A stretch of 64,000 nucleotides of DNA from a virus (Duplodnaviria; Heunggongvirae; Uroviricota; Caudoviricetes). Where the stretch lies: IMG/VR virus record IMGVR_UViG_3300033075_000957, positions 64,001 to 128,000 of that record; one strand, written 5' to 3'. The notes under the pieces are model-generated. The model did no database searches. It had not been told where the DNA came from and saw only the letters and a list, made by a program, of their open reading frames with translations. This document shows positions 37,070-46,486 of this stretch, piece by piece. Position 1 is the first letter of the stretch; the number at the start of each line of letters is the position of its first letter. The position numbers and the translations under genes were made by a program.

Positions 37070-40000
37070 TTACGCTCCCAAACAATACGGTCCAAAGAAC
37101 CTTAAATCATTTTGTCCACTACCACTTAAAAACAGACCGGCATAACCACAAACAAATCCATGACTAGACTCCCACCCGAATATATAGTCAATGGTTTGCG
37201 GAGTAGGAGTAGTTGTAGTATCATCACACGTACTCCAATCACGATGTCCTATAGAATAGCCACCGCTCTCTGCCGACGTAGGCGGATTAATCGTAGCCGG
37301 ATTAAGACACTCAGAATCGCCACCGGTAATAACGTAATTTTGATCTGTGCTTCGCGTGTACGAGCAGGTATACATACCATCACACGGGTCAGGGGTCGTT
37401 TCAGAAAATGTTGAAGTTTCTGTAAAGATATAATCATAAGCTATCCCCCAACCGGGTAGTCCCACGCAACCCTCATCAAAACTAACGGTACCGGAAGTGA
37501 CGGTGGTGCCGTTATCCAAAATCAAACACCCTAAATTACTATTGCAATCAAAGCATTCGGGAGTAGGGGATGGGTTGGGTGAAGCGGTAAATGTTACGCA
37601 TCCGGGATCGCCACAGGTTAAAGAATAACCACAGTCGCTCGTATAAGCATATACATGGTCTTCGCACACTGGAACGAGATCACACCCGCACGGCGATAAA
37701 TTGTAAGAAAGCGACACGGAAAATGATTCGCTCAAATAACCCTGATTAACACAAATAGGCTTTGGACATGTGCCCGGCATCGAACTAACGCATACTCCGG
37801 GAGCATATCCTAAGCAGGCGGGATTTGATCCATTTACCTGTGCTTCACAACCATTCATACCAACAGCATAGGTATACGAGTTTGACGTTTTGCTATACGT
37901 AATACTTTGGGTATAATATCCATTATTCTTAGAATCCAAACAGTTGGCATCTGTATCACAAGAAAATCCGCATTCTGCACAAACTGTACTACAGTCAATA
38001 TCAATACGGTTGCATCCATAGCTGTTTCCAGCACATACATCCTCGGCAGTAGTATCTTGAATAATCGGTCTAAACAACGCACACAACGTTGTTGGATCAT
38101 TCATATAATCAATAAAATTACCATACACCACGCCTAAATTACAAATCTTATCCCATCCATCACATGAAAAACAAAAATAAGTCGGAGCCGAACAGTCTAT
38201 AGCATCCGCATAGCCCGGATCACCAGTGTCAACACAACCATCAGGAAAATTAAAGTAGGAATAAGTACTGCCCATAGGAACCATAAGACTACTAGGCACA
38301 GTATTCTTTTTAGTAATTCTAGGATCAAAATTCCAAGGATGTGTCGAGCAAAACGCCCCAGCGGTTCTACCGGCAATAAAAGCGTATGGCAGATCATCGC
38401 GAGGAATTTCATCCAATCGCACCTTTTGTGCCGTTGGATCAAAATATTGGCACCATCCCTGATTATTTGAATAAATCGGGGCGGTAACGTCGCAAAATTC
38501 AACTTTGCCCGGCATAGACACTTCGCCGCCATTTTGGAATCCAATTAGTACGCCATTATGTACTACCGCAAATGGTACTTTTACCATACATGGAATATCA
38601 CAATCGGGATGGAAATCGTATTCACATACGTATAGTAAAGGTTGATACACTGAAGTATCAGGATATCCAGCCTGAGCCCAGTAAGCATCATTTAAGTTGG
38701 GACGGGCCTGATTAAACGGGTGCGGATACGACGTAATATTGCCATCTGTACATCTCTGTACCGTTTCTGCCGTACACCTTCCGGCAGGAATAAACCATTG
38801 TGTTAAACAATTAGGACTTGTGCAACCATAAGCAATTCGCCAGCTTCCAGCAATTACGTTATCGCCCTCGCAATTGAGCGTAGTACCATTAATAACAGTC
38901 GCATCGGTTGGAAGACATGGTGGCAACCATGGGTCATTTTCAGCGGTTGCACCCCAATAGCACAGGCGTCTGGTATTACTATATAAAGAGGCATATGCAG
39001 CCGTACCGATATTCGTTTGTACCAAATCTAGCAAAGGTTCTTTATACGAGAAGTTGTAAGTAGTAGGGTTGATTGTTGAATATGAATACGTGCCAGCGTC
39101 TATACTGGTAACGTCGCTTAACCAGCATTCGTTTGGAAGATCTGTAACTCCTGTAAACGGGGTGTAGCTGCCAGATGCCCATGTAAATGTAGCACCGGCC
39201 AATTCTGCGATCAGATCAGAAACAGTAAATTCTGAATTTGGTACCGTGTCAATACCAGTGGTCGCAACATGCATGCCACTAGCGTATAGTAATAATCTGC
39301 CAGTTGTTACTTTAACCCATGCTTCAGTAAATTGTGGGTCAACAGACGGTTCAAGCGGATTAAGACCGATACTAACAACATTGGTTTTACACAATGGCAT
39401 TGTGGTCCACCACATAGAGTTACCGCGTACAGCTACGCCATAATCTACATTGTCTTTGGGCACATGGTATGTTAAAGCTCTACAAAATGGCGGCGTGGAA
39501 GCTACGGCATTAGGACCGGGCGTAATGGGCTGATAATATTGTGTTACTACACCAAGATCGTCAGCAAGTGATAGTGAATTGCTGAAATACTTATTGTATT
39601 CCTTTGGCATTACAATATGCGAACCACTACGCAAATTACTTGAATCGCCGTAAGGATTACCCAATGCGTCTCCGTTAAATCCGCCAACATTGGATTCGAA
39701 CACTTCTGCCGAAGTATTCATGATGCGTGATGCTGGAATAGATCGGGCGTCCGTACTTCCAACGCAAAATTCAAAAATTGTGCAACCAGATAGAGCAGAA
39801 ATTCCACTTGTGCGTAGATTGTTAATAGCGTCTACATAATCACCAATCGTCTTTCCTGAACAGTTAAATCCAATCTGAATTGGACCGCAGCCGTTCCCGG
39901 CAGAATAACTCACATTTAAATTAGGACTGATAGTCGTTTCGTCGATCGCAATATATTGATCAAGATCGTCGAATTCATCATCACCAACAGCAAACGGAAT

Positions 40001-41533
40001 GGGCCGGAAAGCATAAAAATAAATGTTTATTTCTTTTGTCTCTGTCCATTCGCCTACGGTTTCAATAAAACCATAAGGACGGTAATCCCACCCCGAACGA
40101 GGGGCTCCGGGATATCCTGACGAAAGAAAACTTTGATAACCGTGGCCATAAGGATTAGCGGTAGTACTGTACGGTTCTTCCCATGCTGGATGGGGAGCTA
40201 ATTCAATATCTTTATAATAAGACCCGAACGGTCCCCAAGTTATATTTTTGTGCCACATCGGGATAAATAATTCGACGGCACAATTACACGGTACGGAAGA
40301 GGCGCAACTATCAGGATAATTACAATCCGACGTTACATGTAACGCCTTGTCATTGTAATAGTCGTTTTTTGGTCGTCCATCCATGCCAAATAGGAAAAAG
40401 GATTTGGTCATTGAATAGCAATCGGTATTGTGCAGATAGGTGTTTTCTAGATTATCTAATGATCCATTGCCTATACAACTCTCGATGCAGTATCCGGTCA
40501 CTTCTGGCAATATTGGCTGATTGGCACCCATCAGCAAGCCTTTTTGCGGAGAACATTGTGTTCCGTTATAATATGCAGGCCCATAGCCATATGTATCTTC
40601 ATAAGGGCACCAAGTGCCAGTACCGGCAATATAATATTCTTTTGATCCGGCAGATGGATTTAAATACGAATCATTAGGATCGCTGTCGTGATATGTCCAA
40701 GCCGTAGTTGTTCCGGGACACACGTTTGCATAGGTTGTGATTTCAGGCTGTGTTATACCACATAACGCATCGGCAAAAATAATATCGACAATAAAACTGC
40801 CGAAATATGTGCCTTCCATATATTCGTTTCGCACCACATCTATACCGGCTCCAATAGTCGTCTGTAACGCTGTCTCAAGATTGGCTTTGAAGGTGTTGAC
40901 ATTGGTACTTGGAGCAACATAGATAATGTTTCCATTCCATTCAAGATATAGTCCAGAAGTCTTGCTGTCTAAATATTCTATCGTGCCATTCAAGAAATGC
41001 AACGAGGCCGTAGCTATACTATAGGACGAAACTCCACTGAAATCACCATTTAGAAGCGATATTGACCAACGTCCGGGATGATTGGTAGTCGTCTCCGACC
41101 CCATCTCAGATATGACATCGCTTACAGTTTTGTTCGCGAGCGAAATAACAATATCAGGCAGGCCAGTACTACTGATAGTCACGTTGGTACCGTCCCAAAC
41201 TACATCACCGGTAACACCTACGCCAGTGAATTGAAAATAAATAACATCGGTATAAACAGTAGGATCGGTCATGGTGGCGATACCACCGATACGCAATCTT
41301 TGTGCTTCGCAAATACGTATTACACCATCGCAGGTAGCATCATATTGCACAAATACACGCTGACCAAACTGACACTGTTCCCACTCGGAGCAAATACCGT
41401 TCCGAGGGTCGGTGTTTATTGGACAAGGCACCGATTCCCAAAATACACCAGTAGCATGATCACAGCAGCATTCTGATAATAAATAGAACTTTGATACCAG
41501 TAAAGAATTTGAATACTTAAGAGTATCGGTCAT
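37070..41533 (-). CDS. 1487-aa Cys-rich putative virion/tail-associated protein
   Basis: about 70 Cys by manual count, CCC near the N-terminus, dense Cys in the last ~400 aa; located in the tail operon. Confidence 0.7.
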   Translation of the reverse strand: MTDTLKYSNSLLVSKFYLLSECCCDHATGVFWESVPCPINTDPRNGICSEWEQCQFGQRVFVQYDATCDGVIRICEAQRLRIGGIATMTDPTVYTDVIYFQFTGVGVTGDVVWDGTNVTISSTGLPDIVISLANKTVSDVISEMGSETTTNHPGRWSISLLNGDFSGVSSYSIATASLHFLNGTIEYLDSKTSGLYLEWNGNIIYVAPSTNVNTFKANLETALQTTIGAGIDVVRNEYMEGTYFGSFIVDIIFADALCGITQPEITTYANVCPGTTTAWTYHDSDPNDSYLNPSAGSKEYYIAGTGTWCPYEDTYGYGPAYYNGTQCSPQKGLLMGANQPILPEVTGYCIESCIGNGSLDNLENTYLHNTDCYSMTKSFFLFGMDGRPKNDYYNDKALHVTSDCNYPDSCASSVPCNCAVELFIPMWHKNITWGPFGSYYKDIELAPHPAWEEPYSTTANPYGHGYQSFLSSGYPGAPRSGWDYRPYGFIETVGEWTETKEINIYFYAFRPIPFAVGDDEFDDLDQYIAIDETTISPNLNVSYSAGNGCGPIQIGFNCSGKTIGDYVDAINNLRTSGISALSGCTIFEFCVGSTDARSIPASRIMNTSAEVFESNVGGFNGDALGNPYGDSSNLRSGSHIVMPKEYNKYFSNSLSLADDLGVVTQYYQPITPGPNAVASTPPFCRALTYHVPKDNVDYGVAVRGNSMWWTTMPLCKTNVVSIGLNPLEPSVDPQFTEAWVKVTTGRLLLYASGMHVATTGIDTVPNSEFTVSDLIAELAGATFTWASGSYTPFTGVTDLPNECWLSDVTSIDAGTYSYSTINPTTYNFSYKEPLLDLVQTNIGTAAYASLYSNTRRLCYWGATAENDPWLPPCLPTDATVINGTTLNCEGDNVIAGSWRIAYGCTSPNCLTQWFIPAGRCTAETVQRCTDGNITSYPHPFNQARPNLNDAYWAQAGYPDTSVYQPLLYVCEYDFHPDCDIPCMVKVPFAVVHNGVLIGFQNGGEVSMPGKVEFCDVTAPIYSNNQGWCQYFDPTAQKVRLDEIPRDDLPYAFIAGRTAGAFCSTHPWNFDPRITKKNTVPSSLMVPMGSTYSYFNFPDGCVDTGDPGYADAIDCSAPTYFCFSCDGWDKICNLGVVYGNFIDYMNDPTTLCALFRPIIQDTTAEDVCAGNSYGCNRIDIDCSTVCAECGFSCDTDANCLDSKNNGYYTQSITYSKTSNSYTYAVGMNGCEAQVNGSNPACLGYAPGVCVSSMPGTCPKPICVNQGYLSESFSVSLSYNLSPCGCDLVPVCEDHVYAYTSDCGYSLTCGDPGCVTFTASPNPSPTPECFDCNSNLGCLILDNGTTVTSGTVSFDEGCVGLPGWGIAYDYIFTETSTFSETTPDPCDGMYTCSYTRSTDQNYVITGGDSECLNPATINPPTSAESGGYSIGHRDWSTCDDTTTTPTPQTIDYIFGWESSHGFVCGYAGLFLSGSGQNDLRFFGPYCLGA

Positions 41534-41667
41534 GACAGAATGATCGTTTCTTTGTTTGGTATGCGTCCAATCAATTCGCTATAACCAAACGTAGCACCGG
41601 CTAAGGTGCCAATTTCTGGCGTAAACTCCATCAGAAAAAAACCAAAATCGAATATTACATCATTCAT
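41530..41667 (-). CDS. small unannotated ORF (MNDVIFDFGFFLMEFTPEIG..., 45 aa)
   Basis: exact ATGA overlaps with both neighbours, filling a 130-nt gap. Confidence 0.65.
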   Translation of the reverse strand: MNDVIFDFGFFLMEFTPEIGTLAGATFGYSELIGRIPNKETIILS

Positions 41668-43784
41668 TGTGTTATCGACACTTTCGCGTTAATTCCATCA
41701 GGTAAGGAAGATGCGGTATAACGTATATAGTTACCAACCGTATCCGCTGCCGCTGACCACGAATTCCATGTTGTTCCATCGGTCGAATACTGCCATGTTC
41801 CAGATACACCCGCTGAAGTTGTATCACTAAGCACCAGCGATGATGTATCGGCGTTGTATACACGAATCGTAAGAGTGGGTATTGTTCCTCCCCAAGATGT
41901 TTGCTGTCTGAAGGCGAAAATACGGCTCGCAATACTTGACTTGCCAACCGATGGTATATAGTGCGAATCAGTAGACGAATCTTCATACACTACGCCCACA
42001 GCGTAAATACGTGATGGCAGCATTGTAAATCCAATTGTTCTAAACTCAAACATAAACTGAATACTAGAAGCAGGCGTTACGCCGCTTAAATCGTTGACAT
42101 CTGTGAGTAAAACCCATGACCCGCTATCATCGCTTATTCCAGAAGTGCGGTAGTACAAACGATAACCGTCATCTGGAATCGTTAATGCATCGCTACCATA
42201 AAACTTTTTGTCAATAACATATGCACGATATAATTTAACAGCATTGGATGTTGAAATTTCTGGAGTAATTAACCTTTGTTCTGTTGAAGACGCGTATTGC
42301 CAATCGGCACCGGTAGGTAAGGCGTATAATAGATTATTTGTTGCGGCAGTACCATTTCTACAAACATAGAAGACGCCCACTTCGCTCCAGATGGATACCG
42401 CCGTAGCGTTAATAGAAGGAACTGGTGTCGAATTCGAATCGGCGGTAGATTGATCAAGCTGCTTCATATCAATTAGGAATAAGTGATCAAGCCGACCGCT
42501 ATCTGTGCGATACTGCGTTATGTAACTACGTATGCCCGCAGCACCGCTGGACATGACAATCAGACGATCGATCGAGTCTGAATAATCGACAGCCTGCATC
42601 GCACCACCCGCTGCATATGTATTCGTGCCTCCGGGCGGAATCTCTAACATGCTATCCGATAGAAAGTTAGTAACGCCGGTTAGAATGCCACTTTCCGCTA
42701 CTCTATAAACACGAGTTGTAGTAGCAAAGTAAATACTCTTGACTCCGCTTCCCGGACCATGATTTAATGTCGCCAATCTTCCGTTATTAACCTGAGTAAT
42801 TGTACCAGTTAACGTAGGAGAGGTTCCTGTTGCAAACTGAAATGCCGAAGTAGACTTGCCGGACGACAAACTTCCCAGTGCGGCACGAATATCGTACTTG
42901 TAAAACTTTGCCGTAGTAGTTCCGTCAAGAACCCATACGTAATGCGAAGTCGCACTTGAAGTGCTATTTAATGCTAAACCGGCAGCAACAGTATTCGTTA
43001 CAGTGCTCGCATCAGCAAGCCAATAAATACCACGTATATTGTCAGCAGTAGAAGCTTCAGCGATGTTCGTTCCGCCTGTTTGAAAAGTAGTGTAGTTTAA
43101 ACCTTTTACTACAAACAAACCTCCGTTGGCAGCCGTTGCATTGGTAATCGCTACTACCGCCCGCAACTCCTCAATGACATAAGCACTGCCCGAACCAATG
43201 GTGCCAGCCGAAGACGATAATGTAATCGAAGTATCACTGGCTATCGAAGAAATTTCATACCAAGTAGTTATTTGCGTCGGATCGGTTGATCCAAAACCTA
43301 TACGGGCACCCGCTCCGATACGATCAGTAGTGAATTGTGTACTCGTTCCTGTTACACCTGTACCAGAAACCGCTACGGTTCCTGAACTATGTGTCGTACG
43401 AACCATACGAAAACCACGGATTGTCTTGTTACCAGTATTGGTAACAAAGTTCATTGTAATAAAGCCCTTCCAATTAAACGTAGAAGTTGAAAGAGTGTAC
43501 TCGTAAAAATTAATACGGCGAGTCGCAGCGGCGGTTGCGTTATCGGCTAAAAATACCCAATGCTTGTCACTGGACCACGCGATAACCGAGGGGAAAGCAC
43601 TTGCAATCGTTGTAGACTGCTCCATTGGACGGGCAACAGCAATTGGCATTGGTCCAGCAAAATTATCAAGTGATGTAGCACCGCTTCGCTGTTGAATTAA
43701 CGAACCGAGCAGGGTTTTCGTACTATCATACGAACTTATACTTGCCGTCGTTCCTGTAAAAACATGTTCAGATGCAACTCTCAT
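41664..43784 (-). CDS. Ser/Thr/Gly-rich beta-structured tail-associated protein
   Basis: 706 aa; VSGTGVTGTSTQF fibre-like segment; position in the tail operon. Confidence 0.6.
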   Translation of the reverse strand: MRVASEHVFTGTTASISSYDSTKTLLGSLIQQRSGATSLDNFAGPMPIAVARPMEQSTTIASAFPSVIAWSSDKHWVFLADNATAAATRRINFYEYTLSTSTFNWKGFITMNFVTNTGNKTIRGFRMVRTTHSSGTVAVSGTGVTGTSTQFTTDRIGAGARIGFGSTDPTQITTWYEISSIASDTSITLSSSAGTIGSGSAYVIEELRAVVAITNATAANGGLFVVKGLNYTTFQTGGTNIAEASTADNIRGIYWLADASTVTNTVAAGLALNSTSSATSHYVWVLDGTTTAKFYKYDIRAALGSLSSGKSTSAFQFATGTSPTLTGTITQVNNGRLATLNHGPGSGVKSIYFATTTRVYRVAESGILTGVTNFLSDSMLEIPPGGTNTYAAGGAMQAVDYSDSIDRLIVMSSGAAGIRSYITQYRTDSGRLDHLFLIDMKQLDQSTADSNSTPVPSINATAVSIWSEVGVFYVCRNGTAATNNLLYALPTGADWQYASSTEQRLITPEISTSNAVKLYRAYVIDKKFYGSDALTIPDDGYRLYYRTSGISDDSGSWVLLTDVNDLSGVTPASSIQFMFEFRTIGFTMLPSRIYAVGVVYEDSSTDSHYIPSVGKSSIASRIFAFRQQTSWGGTIPTLTIRVYNADTSSLVLSDTTSAGVSGTWQYSTDGTTWNSWSAAADTVGNYIRYTASSLPDGINAKVSITQ

Positions 43785-44539
43785 TATATACTCTCTATCT
43801 TAATAAACAAAGTAGACTCGTGGATTTCTCCAACGACATTCGTAACAGAAATTCGGATCAAATCGTCCGCGAGTAGGCCGGTAGCAAACCAGTTATTAAA
43901 ATTACTCGCACTAATAGCATTACTCATGCCGTCAGTGATAATAGGTGTACCTGTACCTACCATACTAATAAAAGACGGGTATTCGTCAACGATACCTTTG
44001 GTGATATCGTATTGAATCGTGCCTGTTCCGTCAGTCAAAATTGACCAATTAGTAATTTTACAATTATACGGAATGCGTTTTAATGCCTTAACGCCGGTGG
44101 CAATGGCGGAATCATTAATAATTTGCAAACCTATTTGGTCATATAAAGTCGTCGTACCTCCACCCAAACCGGTTGCATTAAGCACCCCGTTGCTATATAG
44201 AGTTAATTTATCGCCTAATTGTAATTCTTGTACTACACCAGCTACACCGGACACACGCCCTAATATTCGATTGCCTGAAACGGCCTGAAATTTAGAGTAC
44301 GATACGGAAGAGTTAGTAATAGTTCCGCCTAACTGCCCCACCGATCCGCTGATATAAATATCGCCGGTAACGGCAATATATCCTCCCGCCCCTCCGACGC
44401 CGTTAGAAGCGGCGATGATTAAACCTCCGCTCACGGTAATGTTTGAATTGGTATAACTTCCGCTCGGCACCACGCCAGAAACGAGTAGGTTCGTATCTAG
44501 TGTATAAGGCTGAATTTGATTGCCATGAATTTTAGTCAT
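43784..44539 (-). CDS. putative tail fibre/collar protein
   Basis: 251 aa; ITVSGGLIIAASNG and other fibre-like segments. Confidence 0.5.
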   Translation of the reverse strand: MTKIHGNQIQPYTLDTNLLVSGVVPSGSYTNSNITVSGGLIIAASNGVGGAGGYIAVTGDIYISGSVGQLGGTITNSSVSYSKFQAVSGNRILGRVSGVAGVVQELQLGDKLTLYSNGVLNATGLGGGTTTLYDQIGLQIINDSAIATGVKALKRIPYNCKITNWSILTDGTGTIQYDITKGIVDEYPSFISMVGTGTPIITDGMSNAISASNFNNWFATGLLADDLIRISVTNVVGEIHESTLFIKIESI

Positions 44540-46482
44540 TACAATATCCGCTGATAAACAGCCTTAAGAATATCTCCGCTCGCAGGTCCAAAACCGGTAT
44601 TAAATATTATACCTGTCAAATTAGATAAAACAAAATCCTCGCCCGCCCCTTGTCCTTGCAGCAGGCCGTTCCTAAAGACCATTAGTACTCCGGTATTATA
44701 TACACTATATCGGGTATAAAATGTTAAATTTGAGCCATCGGCAATGCCAGATAATGATTCCGGACCTACCAGATGACTATAAACAAAAACCGTATTCGGA
44801 ATATCTCCACCCGAAGGAAGATGGGAAACATGATTTCCGTTTACGCCCGTAGCTACTAATATTGTAGTAGAGTTCCCGACAGGTCCAAATTGTATTCCTG
44901 TTGCACCTAAATAAAGATTTCCTGTACCGTTTACATCCTCGACCACAAACGGATAGGCCGTGCTGCCTACCGTTGGCTTAATAATGACAGCAGGATTTAC
45001 GGCGTCTACGTCGTTTTTAGCAATCAAGCGTCCCCAAGACCGAGCACCCGTTGCGTTTACGCTAAAATAACCAGTACCTAAATACGTACTCATTAAACCT
45101 TGGCCCGATGGATCGACAAACAAACCAATCGTTGCCAATTTGTTATAGGCCACAGCTAATTGTGTACGAGTACCTTCGCCAAAACGAACTTGACTGACAA
45201 AAGTTTTAATTCCGCTTACAGTTTCATTACCGGTAGTCGCAACCCAAACCCGTGTTGTTGAATTTGTTCCACCTTGCTGTATTGATAAGGGCGTAGTAAG
45301 TCCGGATAGGGATGTAATGTTTAAATTATTACCAGCAGTTGCCCATACGCCAGAGACATCGGACATTGTAAGAACGATACCAGTAGCGTTATAAGAAACT
45401 GAAATTCCGCTGACGCCTAATATTTGTTTGGTTTCAAAAGTATTTCCTGTTGTACCAATAGGAATCTGATACTGTTCTACAGTGTTAATACCTAATCCGC
45501 CATATTCCAACGACATTGGAAATGTTGCGAAACCGTTTGCTAAACCACTACCAGTTAAATAGTCTGTACTAGTAAACGGGTCGCCGCCGACAGCACCGCT
45601 ATAAGTCGGAATCGACGATAACATAGAAAGCAATCCGGCGTCAGACGCACATTCGTCTGTTCCGGGAAGTTCCATCAACCACAATCCGTAGCGAGGTACG
45701 TTGCCGCTTACATAACGAACCATGAAACAGAAATCGCCGCTAGAATACGGCTTAATCTTATAGCTTCCTGACGGAGCCGGGCCAATATGAGAAATGTTTG
45801 CTATAGTTAACGGATTTGCCAAACCGTCTACGATTTGAGCGTCATATTTAACAGTTCCTGCCCAAAAGAATCCGGTACTCGGATTAACCTGACTATCAGC
45901 CACTGTTCGCGTTATTCTTGCCGGAAAAACTCCAATAGGAGATGTCCAGATCGCTCTTTCTTGATCCCAACGTAAATCAAGTGGACCGGCTTTCCACAAT
46001 GGAGTGGGTACATCGCGTAAATGGGCAACAGCCGTGGTTCCTGTTCCAGCAAAATTGCTGCTGGGCACTTGCGATCCAAGAATACCGCTTACGTCCCAAG
46101 TTGAGTTAAAATTGGGAGATGGGAAACCCCATGTGTCATAGCCCACACCCACCATAGTCATTGGCGTCTTTAAACCGTGTAGGCGAGCATTTTTAGCATC
46201 TATATCGTCTAAATCAATATTGGACGGCATCGTTGAGCCGTGAAGAATATTTTCGTTTAGAGTATATGTACCTAATGGGTTTAAACCAGAAGGTATCGCA
46301 GCCAAACCGGTGCCGCGAAGAGGTTCGCGATAATGAGGAACGCCGTTTCCGCTTACACTCGTAGTGAACGCTTTAAAAAAAGTACTTAAAGTACCGCCGT
46401 AAGTACTAGCATAACCAGCTTTGGTACTTAAAGCACGGTCTAAACCTAGATTATCGGTGTTGAACTGCTTGCCATAATTCAT
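44539..46482 (-). CDS. putative tail fibre / tail tip protein
   Basis: 647 aa, Gly/Thr/Ser rich; LSGLTTPLSIQQGGT, ETVSGIKTF and DGSNLTF fibre-like motifs. Confidence 0.55.
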   Translation of the reverse strand: MNYGKQFNTDNLGLDRALSTKAGYASTYGGTLSTFFKAFTTSVSGNGVPHYREPLRGTGLAAIPSGLNPLGTYTLNENILHGSTMPSNIDLDDIDAKNARLHGLKTPMTMVGVGYDTWGFPSPNFNSTWDVSGILGSQVPSSNFAGTGTTAVAHLRDVPTPLWKAGPLDLRWDQERAIWTSPIGVFPARITRTVADSQVNPSTGFFWAGTVKYDAQIVDGLANPLTIANISHIGPAPSGSYKIKPYSSGDFCFMVRYVSGNVPRYGLWLMELPGTDECASDAGLLSMLSSIPTYSGAVGGDPFTSTDYLTGSGLANGFATFPMSLEYGGLGINTVEQYQIPIGTTGNTFETKQILGVSGISVSYNATGIVLTMSDVSGVWATAGNNLNITSLSGLTTPLSIQQGGTNSTTRVWVATTGNETVSGIKTFVSQVRFGEGTRTQLAVAYNKLATIGLFVDPSGQGLMSTYLGTGYFSVNATGARSWGRLIAKNDVDAVNPAVIIKPTVGSTAYPFVVEDVNGTGNLYLGATGIQFGPVGNSTTILVATGVNGNHVSHLPSGGDIPNTVFVYSHLVGPESLSGIADGSNLTFYTRYSVYNTGVLMVFRNGLLQGQGAGEDFVLSNLTGIIFNTGFGPASGDILKAVYQRIL

Positions 46483-46486
46483 ATGA

